Shown: positions 31,640-44,158, counted from the first letter of the stretch. The stretch is DNA of 64,000 nt from Saprolegnia diclina VS20 (GCF_000281045.1 NW_008246100.1:244408-308407), one strand, 5' to 3'. The notes: generated from the sequence alone by a model not told the origin. Numbers and translations are program-made.

Positions 31640-33295
31640 CTACGTCGACGCCGGGGCATAGACGGTGTAGTTGGTGAACACGGTTTTCGTGGGCGTCCAA
31701 AAGGGCACATAGAACGCACGTGCAACCCGATCGGACGCTTCGGCAAGCAAGAACGGCTCGGCGTACACCGGGGTCCACGCCGGATGCGAGGCCAAGCTCG
31801 GTTCGTCCGGGTGCGCCATCGACGCAGGGACATCCCGATCGACCACAAAGTCGCACGTCGCCATGTCTACGTAGCGCGACACCTCTTCCAAGTTGAGGTC
31901 GTTCATGTGGGAGGGCACGTCATACGTCGAGGCAAAGTGGCCTGGGAGCTGCCCACGAAAGCCGCTGCGGACGAACGCCATGCGCGCATGGTTTGGGAGG
32001 AAAAAGTGCGACGGAAACCGGTGCCACTCCTTCCCGACGCAGACGCGGATCGGCGTCGAGCTGTTCGTACTCGCTTCAATGTGGTCGTGAAGGAACTGGT
32101 AGACCTTGAGCGGCGCGCCGTACTGCGTCGTAATGCTGACGACCCGCATCGTCGAGAGGCACACGTATGCAGTGAGCGCAAGTGTCACAAGCACGGGGGC
32201 GACGGGGCGGGCGACGCGGCGCGCAACGCGGAAGAACGTCGCGAGCGTCCACGCGGCCGCCAAGCACAAGTACGGGTACACAGGATACAAGAAGCGCTCC
32301 TCCTTGTGCGGCTGGAGGAACATGATGCCAAGCCACAGGTAGAGCGGGGTGAGGTGGACGAAGCGCAGACCGCCATGGGCGAGGGCGATGGGCACGCTGA
32401 CGACCGCGAGGGGCAAGCCCACGTTGAAGTTGAGCAAGAGGTTCACAGCGTAGTACGTCCACGGCTCGACGCCGTAGAGCTCCGAGCCCGCCGAGACGAC
32501 GTTGTACAGGACAATGTTGATTGCCGGGAGCAGCCACGCGTGGTAGAAGTAATAGTTGGTCGCGACTTCGAGGCCGACAATGAGCCCGAGCACGAGCACG
32601 CCGGTGACGATCGGCCGGACGACGCCAAACGCGAGAACCGACTGGAGGGCAAAGGGGACGCACATGACGCCGACGTACGGCCAGCCGCAGACGACAGCGA
32701 TCACGCCGGACGCGAGCGCGGGCGCGCTGAAGCTTTCGCCTTGGGTCGTCATCCAAAAGCCCGAGAAGAGCATGAGGAGGTACGTGACGAACGAGCTCGG
32801 CAGAAAAGCTGTGGAGGCTTGGAACATGCCGCTGTTGCACGCGAGCAAGACGAGCGTGTAGCGACCCACGCGCGGCCCGTAGGCTTCGACGACGCCACGG
32901 TAGAAGGCGGCTTCGCAGAGCGCGGAGGCAAAGCCCAGTGCCGTGCGCAGGCCAAAGAAGAACGCGAGCTTGGACGAGCCAAAGAGGACATTGCCGGCGA
33001 CCTTGCCCAATACGCCGTGCACGACAAGGTACAAGTACGACCGCAGCGCGTACAATGGGCTGTACTCCCACGTCTGGAAGCCATGGCCGTAGAGGAGGTT
33101 GTGCAGCGGCTCCCAGTAGTTGTACGCTTCGTCGCAGTCCGACTGGATGTTGACGAGCGCCGAGATAAGCCGGACGATCGCCAGGAACGAGAAAGTCGAG
33201 TGCAGATTGGGCGCCCACAGGCGCGCGTCCTCGTCTTGCGGCGGCGGCGCCTTGGTCGCTGGCGGGCTATCGGCCCCACGTCGACGCGCTGGCAT
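31640..33295 (-). CDS. ALG9: Dol-P-Man alpha-1,2-mannosyltransferase (GT22), intronless
   Basis: SDCDEAYNYWEPLH...QTWEYSP.YALRSY, QPHKEERFLYPVYP, CVGKEWHRFPSHFFLP. Confidence 0.95.
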   Translation of the reverse strand: MPARRRGADSPPATKAPPPQDEDARLWAPNLHSTFSFLAIVRLISALVNIQSDCDEAYNYWEPLHNLLYGHGFQTWEYSPLYALRSYLYLVVHGVLGKVAGNVLFGSSKLAFFFGLRTALGFASALCEAAFYRGVVEAYGPRVGRYTLVLLACNSGMFQASTAFLPSSFVTYLLMLFSGFWMTTQGESFSAPALASGVIAVVCGWPYVGVMCVPFALQSVLAFGVVRPIVTGVLVLGLIVGLEVATNYYFYHAWLLPAINIVLYNVVSAGSELYGVEPWTYYAVNLLLNFNVGLPLAVVSVPIALAHGGLRFVHLTPLYLWLGIMFLQPHKEERFLYPVYPYLCLAAAWTLATFFRVARRVARPVAPVLVTLALTAYVCLSTMRVVSITTQYGAPLKVYQFLHDHIEASTNSSTPIRVCVGKEWHRFPSHFFLPNHARMAFVRSGFRGQLPGHFASTYDVPSHMNDLNLEEVSRYVDMATCDFVVDRDVPASMAHPDEPSLASHPAWTPVYAEPFLLAEASDRVARAFYVPFWTPTKTVFTNYTVYAPAST

Positions 33296-33596
33296 ATTGA
33301 GTGTGACGCTGAGCGGTGACGCAGCGCGACGCGTTTTTCGTTTTGCCCCATTCGGCACATGTGCCACAATTAAAAATTAATTTCGGCACAAGCCCACCAG
33401 CTGCAGGCGGCTTGACACGCATGCACGGGTTGGATCCACCGAGCAATGGACCGCTTCCTGCGACGACAACAGAGAGGAGAGAGGGCGGACAATACTACGA
33501 GGCGAGCCGTGAGCTAGACCAGAATCGTTTGCTCCGTACAAGTCTCTTTATAGACAGGCAGCCAGTACACTACGTGAGGCATACAGGCCAGCGAGC

Positions 33597-34600
33597 TCAG
33601 CTCGAGCTTTCGCCGTCTTCGTCTTCTTCGTCGACCTGCTTGAACTCGTCGTCGAGCCCCATGACGGAGATCGGAGCCGTCATGTGCACGTCTTCGGAGG
33701 CGCTATCGTTGCCCGCCGTGTCCTAGAGATCCAATGAGTGAGAGAACGATCGAGTCCCATCCGACGTACTTGGCCTCCGAGCTGCTGGAGAAACTCCTGT
33801 CGGAGCTTCTCGTGGGCCGGGATTGGCTTGGTGAAGCGCAGGCTCGAGCCCGGTTCGTTTTGGTACATGGTTTCCAGGGACTTTTCGACGCAGGCGTCGA
33901 TCTGCTCGACGTACGATTCGGGGTGGCGTCGGAACCTACATCGCATGAAGCCTCCAGTTGCACCATGATTGGTCTCTCACATTTCGAGTGCTCGAGGGTT
34001 GGCGACGTTGCGCAGGTCGGAGGCAAACTCCTTGGTGTAAAAAATGCTCTTCATGTACACGAGGACCGACACGATATAGTGAAGATCCGGGTCCCACGTC
34101 GGAAACTTGGGCAGCAAGTCGAGCTCGTTCGTCTAAAGCCGATGGTTAGACCATGCCGATGGTAGATGTACGCACGTCAGGGTTCACGAACGGGTGAAAG
34201 ACCTTGGTGTAGAACTCGACGCGCGGGTACGTGCCAATGCCGTTGTAGCTACGACCAGCCAGCGAAAATGAGGTTTCGCCCATGGCAATCGCGCCTACTC
34301 GTCTGGAAGATGGATCGAGAACTTGAAGATGCCATTGCGGTAGAGGCCTTGGTGGATGAAGATGACACCGTGCCACAGACGGGGCTTGTCAAAGCTCGGG
34401 AGGACGTAGATGCCGCTGGGCACATGCTGCTTCATGTGCTTGTACTCGATCATGAGACCGTAGTCCTTCATCGTCTGCGTCCGGTACTGGTGCAGCGACG
34501 TGAGGTTGGCGGCCTCGGGCTTCTTCTGGCTCGGCGCTGGCGTCGTCATGGGCCGTGGCAGCGATGGGTTCACGTATTTAAACGCCCGAGCTTCCTCCAT
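33597..34600 (-). CDS. AKTIP: AKT-interacting protein/FTS (inactive UBC fold), multi-exon; start at 34600 or 34549
   Basis: YGLMIEYK...PSGIYVLPS...WHGVIFIHQGLYRNGIFKF, VFHPFVNP, TNELDL (catalytic Cys absent). Confidence 0.88.
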
Positions 34601-34851
34601 TCCGGATAAGTCGGTTCTGGATACGACCCTGCGCCCAGTTTTACCTCTCATATTTGATCTTTCGGCCTGTCTATCCGTAGACTATATGCACGCCATTCTA
34701 TAGTTCAAATGACGCACTTGGATAGCGATTGAAGACGTAAAGCGGCGTGTAAATAGCTGCTTGGCCGGCAATCAAAATTAGCGCCATATATGCATTGCTA
34801 GAGGTTGCACGCGCAACCGTGGTGGTTGGTTTTCACACTTCAACCCGGAAG

Positions 34852-36831
34852 ATGAAGTTCGACGAGTGCCAACCTCCGCTCTGCGCCGAAGTCCTCGCGG
34901 GCGTCGCCGAGATGGGCTTCACGGACATGACGCCCGTCCAGGCCGCGACGATTCCGCTCTTCCTCACCAACAAGGACGTGGCTGTGGACGCGAGCACGGG
35001 CAGCGGCAAGACGCTCTCGTTCGTGCTGCCCATCGTCGAGATGCTGCGCCGCCGGTCGCAAGCCACGACCGACGACGACGCGGCCAACATTGCCACGAAG
35101 AAGCAGGTCACGCAGCTCATGGCAATGATCCTCTCGCCGACGCGCGAGCTGGCACGTCAGATTTACGACTGCGCGTGCTTCTTCTTCTCGCGGGCGCTAC
35201 CGAGCGTGCAAGTGATTCTCTTTGTCGGTGGCACGAGCGTCGACGAAGACATGGCCTCGATCCGCGCCGCGAGAGGTCGCATGAGCGTCATCGTGGGTAC
35301 GCCCGGCCGCATTGACGACATCCTCAACCGCGTCTCGGCCATGGGCATCCTCGAGACCAAGGAGTTCGAAGCGCTCATCCTCGACGAAGCCGATACGCTC
35401 CTCGACATGGGTTTTGAAATGAGCATCACGGCGATTCTCGGTCGCTTGCCCAAGCAGCGCCGGACGGGCCTCTTCTCGGCGACGCAGACGCAGGAGGTCA
35501 AGGCGCTCGCCCGCGCCGGTCTCCGCAACCCCGCGACGGTCTCGGTGCAGCTGGCTGTCGACCAAAAGACGCCGACGACGCTCACCAACTGGTACGCCGA
35601 AGTCGAGTACGACGCCAAGCTCGCAGCCCTCATCCAATTTGTCGCGGGTCGCCCGAACGAGAAGTGCATCGTGTTCCTCTCCACCTGCGCGAGCGTCGAT
35701 TTCTTTGGCAAAGTCCTCGAGATGCTTCTGCCCGACCTTGCGGTCGTGAGCCTCCACGGCAAAATGGTGCCCAAGAAGCGCATTGCGTACTACGAGGCCT
35801 TTGTCAACCAGAGCGCCGGCCTCCTCGTGTGCACGGACGTGGTCGCGCGCGGTATCGATCTCCCAGACGTCGACTGGATCGTCCAGTTTGACCCGCCGCA
35901 AGACCCAAACTTCTTTGTGCATCGCGTCGGCCGCACGGCCCGCGCCGGTCGCAACGGCTCGGCGCTCACGTTCCTCTCGGCCAACGAAGATGCGTATGTG
36001 AATTTCCTGCGCATTCGCAAGGTCCCGGTCGCCAAGATGGACGACTTGGTCGTCGACGACGCCAAGCGTGTCGGGATCCTTGAGAAGGTCAAGGCCTTCC
36101 AGATGACCGATCGGGATGTGCTGGAGAAGGGCACGAAGGCCTTCATCTCGTTCTTGCGCTCGTACAAGGAGCACCAGTGCCAGTTCATCTTCCGGTTCCG
36201 CGATCTGGACTTGGCGCGCGTCGCGGTCGGCTTTTGCCTCTTTCAGCTGCCCAAAATCAACGAGCTCCGCGCGCTCGAGTCGATCCAGTTTGAGCCCGCC
36301 GGTGTCAAGGTCGTCGACATTCCGTACAAGGACAAGGCGCGCGAGAAGCAGCGCCAGGCCAAGCTCGTGACGATCGCGGCCGAACACAAGGCGGAGAAGC
36401 TCCAGAACTTTGAGAAGAAGCAAGAGAAGAAGCGCAAGGAGCTCGAAGCCAAGACGGACGGGCCGCGCCGCCGTGAAAAGAAGAAGGGCGCGCACCAGCA
36501 GATCGTCGAAGAGTGGGACGAGCTGGACCGCGAAGAGCGCTTGTACAAGAAGTTTAAGCGCGGCAAAATCACCAAGGCCGAGTACGACGAGGCGCTGACC
36601 GGCACGGTCGCGTCCGACTCGGAGGCCGGCAGCGACAATGACGACGACGAGGACGGGCCGAAGAAGAAGAAGGCCAAGGTCGACAAGCGCTTCGAGAAGA
36701 AGGAGCAGATCAAGCGCAAGACGAGCGAGCAAAAGGAAGAGGCCAAAAAGCGCGAAGCCCGCATTCGCACGCGCAAGAAGCAGGAGCACGTCAAACGCGC
36801 GCAGGCCAAGGCCAACATCCGGAGACGCTAA
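34852..36831 (+). CDS. DDX55: DEAD-box RNA helicase DDX55/Spb4, intronless
   Basis: MTPVQA, TGSGKT, PTRELA, LDEAD, LPKQRRTGLFSAT, FDPPQDP, HRVGRTAR; Lys-rich tail. Confidence 0.93.
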   Translation: MKFDECQPPLCAEVLAGVAEMGFTDMTPVQAATIPLFLTNKDVAVDASTGSGKTLSFVLPIVEMLRRRSQATTDDDAANIATKKQVTQLMAMILSPTRELARQIYDCACFFFSRALPSVQVILFVGGTSVDEDMASIRAARGRMSVIVGTPGRIDDILNRVSAMGILETKEFEALILDEADTLLDMGFEMSITAILGRLPKQRRTGLFSATQTQEVKALARAGLRNPATVSVQLAVDQKTPTTLTNWYAEVEYDAKLAALIQFVAGRPNEKCIVFLSTCASVDFFGKVLEMLLPDLAVVSLHGKMVPKKRIAYYEAFVNQSAGLLVCTDVVARGIDLPDVDWIVQFDPPQDPNFFVHRVGRTARAGRNGSALTFLSANEDAYVNFLRIRKVPVAKMDDLVVDDAKRVGILEKVKAFQMTDRDVLEKGTKAFISFLRSYKEHQCQFIFRFRDLDLARVAVGFCLFQLPKINELRALESIQFEPAGVKVVDIPYKDKAREKQRQAKLVTIAAEHKAEKLQNFEKKQEKKRKELEAKTDGPRRREKKKGAHQQIVEEWDELDREERLYKKFKRGKITKAEYDEALTGTVASDSEAGSDNDDDEDGPKKKKAKVDKRFEKKEQIKRKTSEQKEEAKKREARIRTRKKQEHVKRAQAKANIRRR

Positions 36832-37107
36832 GCCAAGACGACTCGTATTCTCACTTAACCACCACCATAAATACAACCAGTACATCGAATTCAGTCGATC
36901 TCGACTTGGCTAAGAGCTCGACAGATCCGTCGCTGGCAGCGACTGCGCAACCCGATAACGAGCGCGGTGAGATCGCTCGAACGGCAATACGTGGCTCAGC
37001 CCATTGGCCCTCGCAGACATCAACTTAGTTCTTAGTCGAAATTGCGTGCTCGAGAAAGTACGCGAGCACTAGTGGGAGTTGTAAACTCGACCGCGGATCC
37101 CATTTCG

Positions 37108-39766
37108 CTATTGCCGAAGGCTGGGGGGCACCGTCCACATGGCTGCGCCCGTCATGGTGTTGTAAAAGTAGCTCAGGCCCGTTGTCGGGTCCACTGCTGC
37201 TTGGTACGTTGCGGCGGCGACCGCCCGGAGTGCTCGCCGGGCTTGGCGCCGGCGGTACAGTCCCTGGATCTTCATGGCGGCCTCTTGGAGCCCAAGCGCG
37301 CGACGGCGTGGCGCCGGTTGGTGCAAGAGGCGCAGTGCCCAGCGTGCCGTCGTGTGGCCCGACGGGTATTGGGTAGCAGGAAACCGACTTTGAAGCGCCT
37401 CGAGAAGGAACTTGGCCGAGTGCACTTGTGTCGACGAGAGGCTCCGCCGGACGTCGCCTACGTTCTGACGATGAGAAGGAGGATCGTACGTATCGTCCGT
37501 CGGACGGAGACAACCGTGGCGAAAGAGGTGGCCAAGTACAGTTGCACTCGCCTCCTGGAGCTTGAAATCGTCGGTGAACGTCTTCATGGCGGCAAAGACC
37601 ACGTCCAGCGCAGCGCTCTGGAGCGCACTCATCGCACCCGTCCCATCGGCGGGTCCTACGCCCTGTCATGGTCATTGCGACCCTAGTGTTACGAGTGGTA
37701 CCTGAACCGAGCACGACGACACGAAGCGCTTCGCAGCCAGTGCGCTGGACACCGCTGACGCTCGCGTAGCGTGCCATCCATGCCACAATACCAGTGGCAC
37801 CGAGGTGCGTCGCTGCCACCGCATCGACCACGTAGCTGGTCGACGACGAGACTACCCATCATTGTGTCGTCAAAGTGTAGGGTTGGGGTAACCATCGTAC
37901 CGGCGCAGGTCCAGAAGGCGGGCGACGGCGGGGAGAAGGGTCCCCAGCCGCCAGCGTTGCGCGCGCGGACGCGGAAGCAGTAGCCAGCGTCGGGCAGAAG
38001 ACCGACGGCCGTGGCAGTCGTGGTAAGCGACACGGCTTCGTGCACGACGTGGTCGTACGCGCGGACAAGGTACGTCCCGACGAGGCGCCACGTCTTCCTT
38101 TCACAAATGAGTGTGTCCGTCGAAACGCTGGAGGTGGAACTGACCTCGCACGCGCGACCAATGCCCTTGAACTCGACGTGGAAGCCGAGGATGGGCGAGA
38201 ACGGCTGGCGCGGGTTGGCAACGGGCGAGGGCGCACTCCACATGACGGTGATCGACGTGAGCGCGTTCGTGGGGACCAGCGTCGGGGCTGCCGGCACCAC
38301 ACTCGGGGGCTCTACACCCGTGGATGAGTGGCGGCCAGTGAATAAAGTGCATCAACGAATCTATACTCGGCGCAAAAGCGAGTGGAAAGTCGACAAGCGA
38401 TAATTTGGTGCTAAATTGCGGTGTCTGCTCGAGCGACGGGCCGAGTGCTTGGGCCAGCGCCGCCTTGCGCTCCGTGGGCTTGCTCCGCTCGGCGTAGCAG
38501 TAGGCGTCGTACTGGACCCGCGAGACGACATAGTTGACGACGTCGCGCAGGTAAATGTATGGCAGTTTGGTGCTGTCCTCGGCCCAGTTGCCGTGGTAGT
38601 CGAGAACGCCTTGCGAGACGCCCGCCCCGCGAAACGCATCCAAGAGTCGGCGCGGAAAGAGGCTTTGGACCGTGTGGTCGTCGGCGCTATAGAGCGCCGT
38701 CTACGCCGCCGTGGCATCGGCTGCGAGCGTCGCGGACGTTACCTGTGTGCGGGTCTTGCAGGCTTCGAGGACGAAAATCGGGAGGTCTTCCTTGGCCCCC
38801 GAGGCCCGCTTCTCATGGAAAAGAGTCAGAAGACGCGTGGCCATCTCCGAATGCACGCGGCCTTTGATCGCCGTCTCGGTCACATTCGGCGCCACGTCCT
38901 GGTCCTGGCAGACGTCGAGCGCGATACATTTGTTCGTCGACGGGATGCCTATAAGAAATACGACATATCTAGGATGGCAACGGCGCGTACGAGACAGAGC
39001 GTCCACAAGCTTGCGCTCGTGCATTGCGGTGAGCGCGAGTTCTTCGATCGACGAGAGGCGCGACTCGGGAAAGAGCACGAACGAGCCAAGGTGCGGCCCA
39101 CTCACGACGCGGACACCATGCGACTAGTCCAGACGTTGACCTGTTAGGTTTGGAATCGAGCCGTACAATGATGAGCAAGAAGAACGAGCCGTTGACAGGT
39201 ACAGCTTCAAACGATGCAAGCTCGACGTGGAACTCGACAATGGACGGGTTCACAAGCAATTTGCACTGGGCTTGCTTGAGCCCACCGAGCACCGGGTCCG
39301 TCAAAAGCTCATGCAGCGCCTCGACAGCGCTGCGCGCAGAGGGCGGTATCGGAGGTAAATGTGCACCTTTGAAGTGCGTCATGACCACGAGAAGCGCTGT
39401 CAGCGTTGGTGTCTCGGACGCGATGCCAGCACCACCGAGAAGCGATGGGACTTCAAAGTCCTTGGGCGTCTTGACCGGTGGCGGTGGCGCATTCACGCTG
39501 GCCAACTCGGGCTTTTTCTTTTTCTTAGGGGACGTCTTTGCGGACGCGTTGTCTCGTAGCGCGCGCTGGGCTGCCTCCTGCGCCCGCTCGGCCTCCTTGG
39601 CGGCCTTGAGGCGCGCAGCCTCTTCGCGCCGAAGGGCCTTGGCCGCCCGGGCTTGGTACGCCTTGCGTTTTTCCAGCACCTTCTTGAGGAGCTTGCGGGC
39701 CTCGTCGTCGGTCGCGACGGTGTCCGCGACCGGCTGGATCGCGGCGGCGGTGTCGACAGCTTGCAT
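37108..39766 (-). CDS. Multidomain protein with FN3, ARM-like, IQ and WW domains, multi-exon
   Basis: FN3: PAAP...ITVMWSAP...GLLPDAGYCFRVRARNAGGWGPFS. IQ: AAMKIQGLYRRRQARR. WW: DPTTGLSYFYNTMTGAAMWTVP. Joining of the 5' exons is inferred. Confidence 0.65.
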
Positions 39767-39772
39767 CGGATG

Positions 39773-41012
39773 CGATCTTGGGCTAAAAACACGCAGTTTG
39801 CACGACAGTGTTGACCTATCACTTGTCTCTAGTGAGCAACGGCGCGGACGAGGTTTGCAGGAGCTTTTGGACTCGGACGAATGTGGATGTAATCGACTTG
39901 GTCCAGCGTCGCAACGATATCACTTGTAGTATCTTCACGCTTGCATGGCTTTGAGGGCGTGCCAGACGCGCGCCGAATCGCGTGACCAACGACGTTCTCG
40001 CCGTGGGACAACCGACAACCGACACGACGCCGATCTTGTGCGGCTTATTTGGGTGTTTTTATCCGATCTTGACCCTGCTATTTCCACGAACGTGCTTGCC
40101 GTTGGATGACTTGAAGCGTGACGCCGCGATGGTAAGGACGCGCCGTGTCAAGACAGCTGGTTCCTGAGACAAGCCGCCTCGCCCGAAGTTCGAAGCCGAA
40201 CGATGTGGCAGATTGGGTGGTGTTCGCTCGTCAAAACCACACATCGCTAAGAAAACGATCTTATTGCAACTCGCCTCGGCCTCGGTGGAGGCGCGCGCTT
40301 GCGACCGATGGCACGCGTCCCGCAGTGCTTGTCGAGGCACGGTCCCGATGGCTTGTTACTCCGCGTAATGCGTAATGGCGGCGCCCCCATAAGTGCGCGA
40401 CAGTGTCGATACTACACGGCGGTCCAATGATCCGCACCTAATCTTCTCGGCTGTAATTTTATTGGTCGAAACCAGATCTTTCGCGGGTAACCTTGTGCGC
40501 TGTATGGCTGTCGGAGCTATTTTTTTACTGGGGGGCAAGTTCAAGCCTGGAGAACGTTGTCCCGAAAGATCGCGCCAATCACACGCGCGTATCCTATTCA
40601 ATGGCCAATCAGATCCTGACCAGGTGGGGCCTTTCAATGAGGGAGGAAAAAAGCGATCCAAGGCGCGAGCTAGTAATCCAAGCGAATAGATCTTTGGGGA
40701 TTCGTGATTGGCCAACGCGGCGGTGTAAAAGTTGAGTGGTTTTGAATGCCAAGGTCCGTTTTTTTAAAATTTGCGCTGTAGGGGTCGGGGACAGCACAGG
40801 ATTTATTTAAATATCTTGCGCACTGTATGCGAACGCTGCCGAAATCCACATCCGGACGCCGTCTTTTTTTGTTGACGGCGCGGCGCTTGGCGATCTTATT
40901 GGCGTCGGCCGCGTCACGTAATTAAATGGCAGAAAAGAATAATAAATTAATATGATTTAAATGGAGATGACGCGAGAAGAAGATACACGGGCCGATCTAT
41001 GGGCAAAGATCG
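39773..41012. promoter_or_regulatory. Long divergent intergenic region with clustered CGATCTT sites and CCAAT boxes
   Basis: CGATCTT/AAGATCG at 39773, 40031, 40064, 40256, 40566, 40891, 41006; multiple CCAAT/ATTGG; AT-rich. Confidence 0.55.
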
Positions 41013-41381
41013 GCGTCCAATAGTAAAAGATATCGAGTGTTGGTGGGCGTTTGGCGGGGATCCGTCCATTCGATTGTACAATGTACGGTGTACGTACGGA
41101 ACGCGACAACAAAGGGGGAGAGGAATGGACGATGATGGACGTACGGCGGCTATTTTAAAAAGCCAGTAAAAAGTCTACATCGCCGGCTAAAAATAATAAA
41201 ATAAAAGAGACAGCAGTTTGCAACTTTCGAGCCGAAAATCACATCCGCGCGGTCAAGACAGGTAGGCGGGATGGATCATCGGCCTGGACGACGCCGATCC
41301 TCATGCTCTCGTATGCTGCGTAGGCCTCGTCCCGCGCCTGCTAGAGAGAGACCCTGCCCGCCACATAGACACCACCGAGCC

Positions 41382-43255
41382 ATGGAACCCCGCAAGATCG
41401 ACGTCGCATGGGACGGCAACCCCGAGGCAAAGGAAAACATGGCTGCGTACAACAACACGGTTGTCGAGCCCAAGATGGCCATGGACCTCGCCAGTGCGGC
41501 CAACACATACTACATGACCAAGCCGCACGACGTACGTGACCATGCGCTTGCCGTGCTCCCATGGCCGGGGATCTTACACATGCTGTGTATCATATCTAGG
41601 ACCACCCATGGCGAGGAAAGTCCGCGTTTGGCTTTGCAACAATCCTGAACCGCAACTCGTGCGACGACATGGGCGCCAACGGCCCGCTCTCGGTCAACCT
41701 GCCACCGTTGCAGTCATACCACGCCGCCTCGTCTCTGGTCGAGAAGGCCAAGCTCACGACCAGTTCTCGGCTCTCGGCGCACAAGGTACCGCACCGCCCG
41801 ATGCCGACGCCGATCGCGCCGCTCGGCGAGGCCATGATCGACATGTCGGGCCTGCAAAACCGGTCTTTGAAGCTCAAAATCAAAAAGAAGCATGTCGATA
41901 TCTCGCCGGCCTACACGGCGCAGCCCAATGGCCCGATGCTCGCGCCGACGCCCAGCAACGGCGCGCCACGCAAGCTACCGCTCGCTCCTGCTCCGTCCAT
42001 GGACGACGACGACGATGACTCTGGCGACGATGACGGCGAGAACCCGACCGGTGCCACCCACAACGGCGCCGCGCTTCGCGGTGGCCGGTGGACGTCGGAG
42101 GAGCACGAACGGTTCCTCCAGGGCTTCCGCTTGCATGGGCACAAGTGGAAGCGCGTGCAAATGGTCGTTCGAAGTCGCACAGTGACCCAAGTCCGGACGC
42201 ACGCTCAAAAGTACCTCTTGAAGCTGCAAAAAATGTCGGGCGGCCCCGAGACGCAGCGGTCCACGACTGCAAATAGCGGCGCCGCGGACGCCGACGGCCG
42301 GTTCCTGGCGCCGTCGCAATTTGGCAGCGGTGCAACGTCACCGACGCAGAGCATGACAAGTGGCAACGACGACGAGGCGGCGCACGACAAGGTCGTCATG
42401 ACCATGCACGAGGGCGGGCAACCCGGGTCGCCAAGAAGCGCCGTCACACTGCAGACCGCGCAGCCGCGCAAGCTCAAGACGATGAAGAAGCAGGTGGCGC
42501 AAAAGAGAACGAACAAGCGCTCGGACCTCGACGGCTCATCGCTCGTGCACATTGAAGAGGCCGCGTACACGCTCTGTGCGCTCATGAAGGAGCACATTGA
42601 CGACCTCGAGGCGATCGTGACCGACCACGAAGACGACGACGGGATGGAAGTCGACGACACCGAGTCGACGGAAGACGAGTCGATGGACTCGTCGTCGTCG
42701 CCCGTCTCGTCGGCCGAGATGAAGAAGCGGTACCACTGCCGCAAGTGCCGCGTACCCAAGAAGGGCCACGTGTGCCCGGAAGCGTCGTCGGGCGAAGACT
42801 CGGGCGCCAAGTCGCTCTCGCTCAAGAAGATGTCACTGCACGAGTCGGACCTCGACTGCTACGAGCCGTTGGAAGCCGAGTGGAATGACCTCGACAAGTA
42901 CGTTGGCTACCGCGTCGCCCGCTGCTTTGGCCCCAACCTCTGGTGCCGGGGGACGATCGACCAGGTCGTCGCGACCGGCTCGGACCAAGACAAGATTCAC
43001 ATTGTGTACTCGGAGGCGTCGGGGCGCCACGAATGGCTGCTCAAGTCGGACGCGATCGAGTGCATTGCGATCGAGGGCCTCAACACGGACGACGACGAAG
43101 CCTACGGCGTCTTTGCCGGCAGCTCGCTCCGGAAGCGCAAGCATTGGAACTCACTCGCTTCGAGTTTGCGCGAGTCGCCCGAGAAGGACGACGATTTTGA
43201 CGACGACGACGACGCGGGCGCGGCCCATCCGGCCAAGCGCCTCTGCTCGCCGTGA
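41382..43255 (+). CDS. SHAQKY-class single-repeat Myb transcription factor; intron 41532-41599
   Basis: GRWTSEEHERFLQGFRLHGHKWKRVQMVVRSRTVTQVRTHAQKY. A phase-0 intron joins MEPRKIDVAW to ORF 41669-43255. Confidence 0.88.
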
Positions 43256-43362
43256 TCGGACAATGTTGTCGTATATATAAATATATAGGGATAGGACTAG
43301 ATAGTGGATGTGTCTTTTTGAACATGATAGATTTTGACCATTTATACCATTTATATCATGTC

Positions 43363-44158
43363 TTATCCCCGCCGCGCGAGGTTCAGTTTGCACTCCGCGA
43401 CTTGGACGTCGTCCCGTCGCGTCAACCTTGTCAGCAGCGCTTCGCCCTGCCCGAGGACCGCGTCCCGCTCCGCGCGCAGCCGCATCATGTCGTGCGCCTC
43501 ATCTTGCAGCGCTGTTCGCTCGATCGGGTCGACCACGAGCGCCATGCCCTACGCGTGCATGTGAAGCGAGCGACTGACGCGAGAAGATCGTACGGCCTGC
43601 AAGGACGCCAGCGCGAGGTCGAGCTCGCCGTAGTTGAATTGGCAACGAGATAACGTGATGTGCGCGTCGGCCCACGTCGGCGCGAGCTCGGCCGCGCGCG
43701 TTGCTACCTGTGGGACTGATGGGTGGAGCGACGAGGACGAGATGTTGGTACCTGGATGCCCTGGAAGAACTCGCCAAGGGCCAAGTGCGCTTGGGCCAAG
43801 AGCTCATGGAGCACCGCGTGTGTTGGGTCGTACTCGATCGCCTGCCGCCAGCGATCCATCGCGGCCCGGTACCGCTCTAGTGGAACACGTCATGCTGCAT
43901 CGGCGAGGAAGGTGTGCTCATGTGTTTATTGCCTGCTTCGGCCAAGACGTTGCCTTCGTCTTGGAGTCGCTTGACCTTGTGCGCGACGTCCTCGAGCGAT
44001 GGCAGCGCTACCAGCGGCGCTGACGAAGCTTGTGCATCGGCGTACTCGTACTCGGTCATGGCCTCGAGCTGCGACTGCGAGAGAAAGCACGGCGCGGCCT
44101 CTGCCGTCCGCGCCTCCTGGCGCTTGCGCTTCTTGAGCTGCAGCTGGACGCGTGCCAT
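43363..44158 (-). CDS. TTC33: TPR-repeat protein, TTC33-like, multi-exon
   Basis: KRLQDEGNVLAEAG|RYRAAMDRW...LHELLAQA...AAELAPTWADAHITLSRCQFNYGE. Confidence 0.75.
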
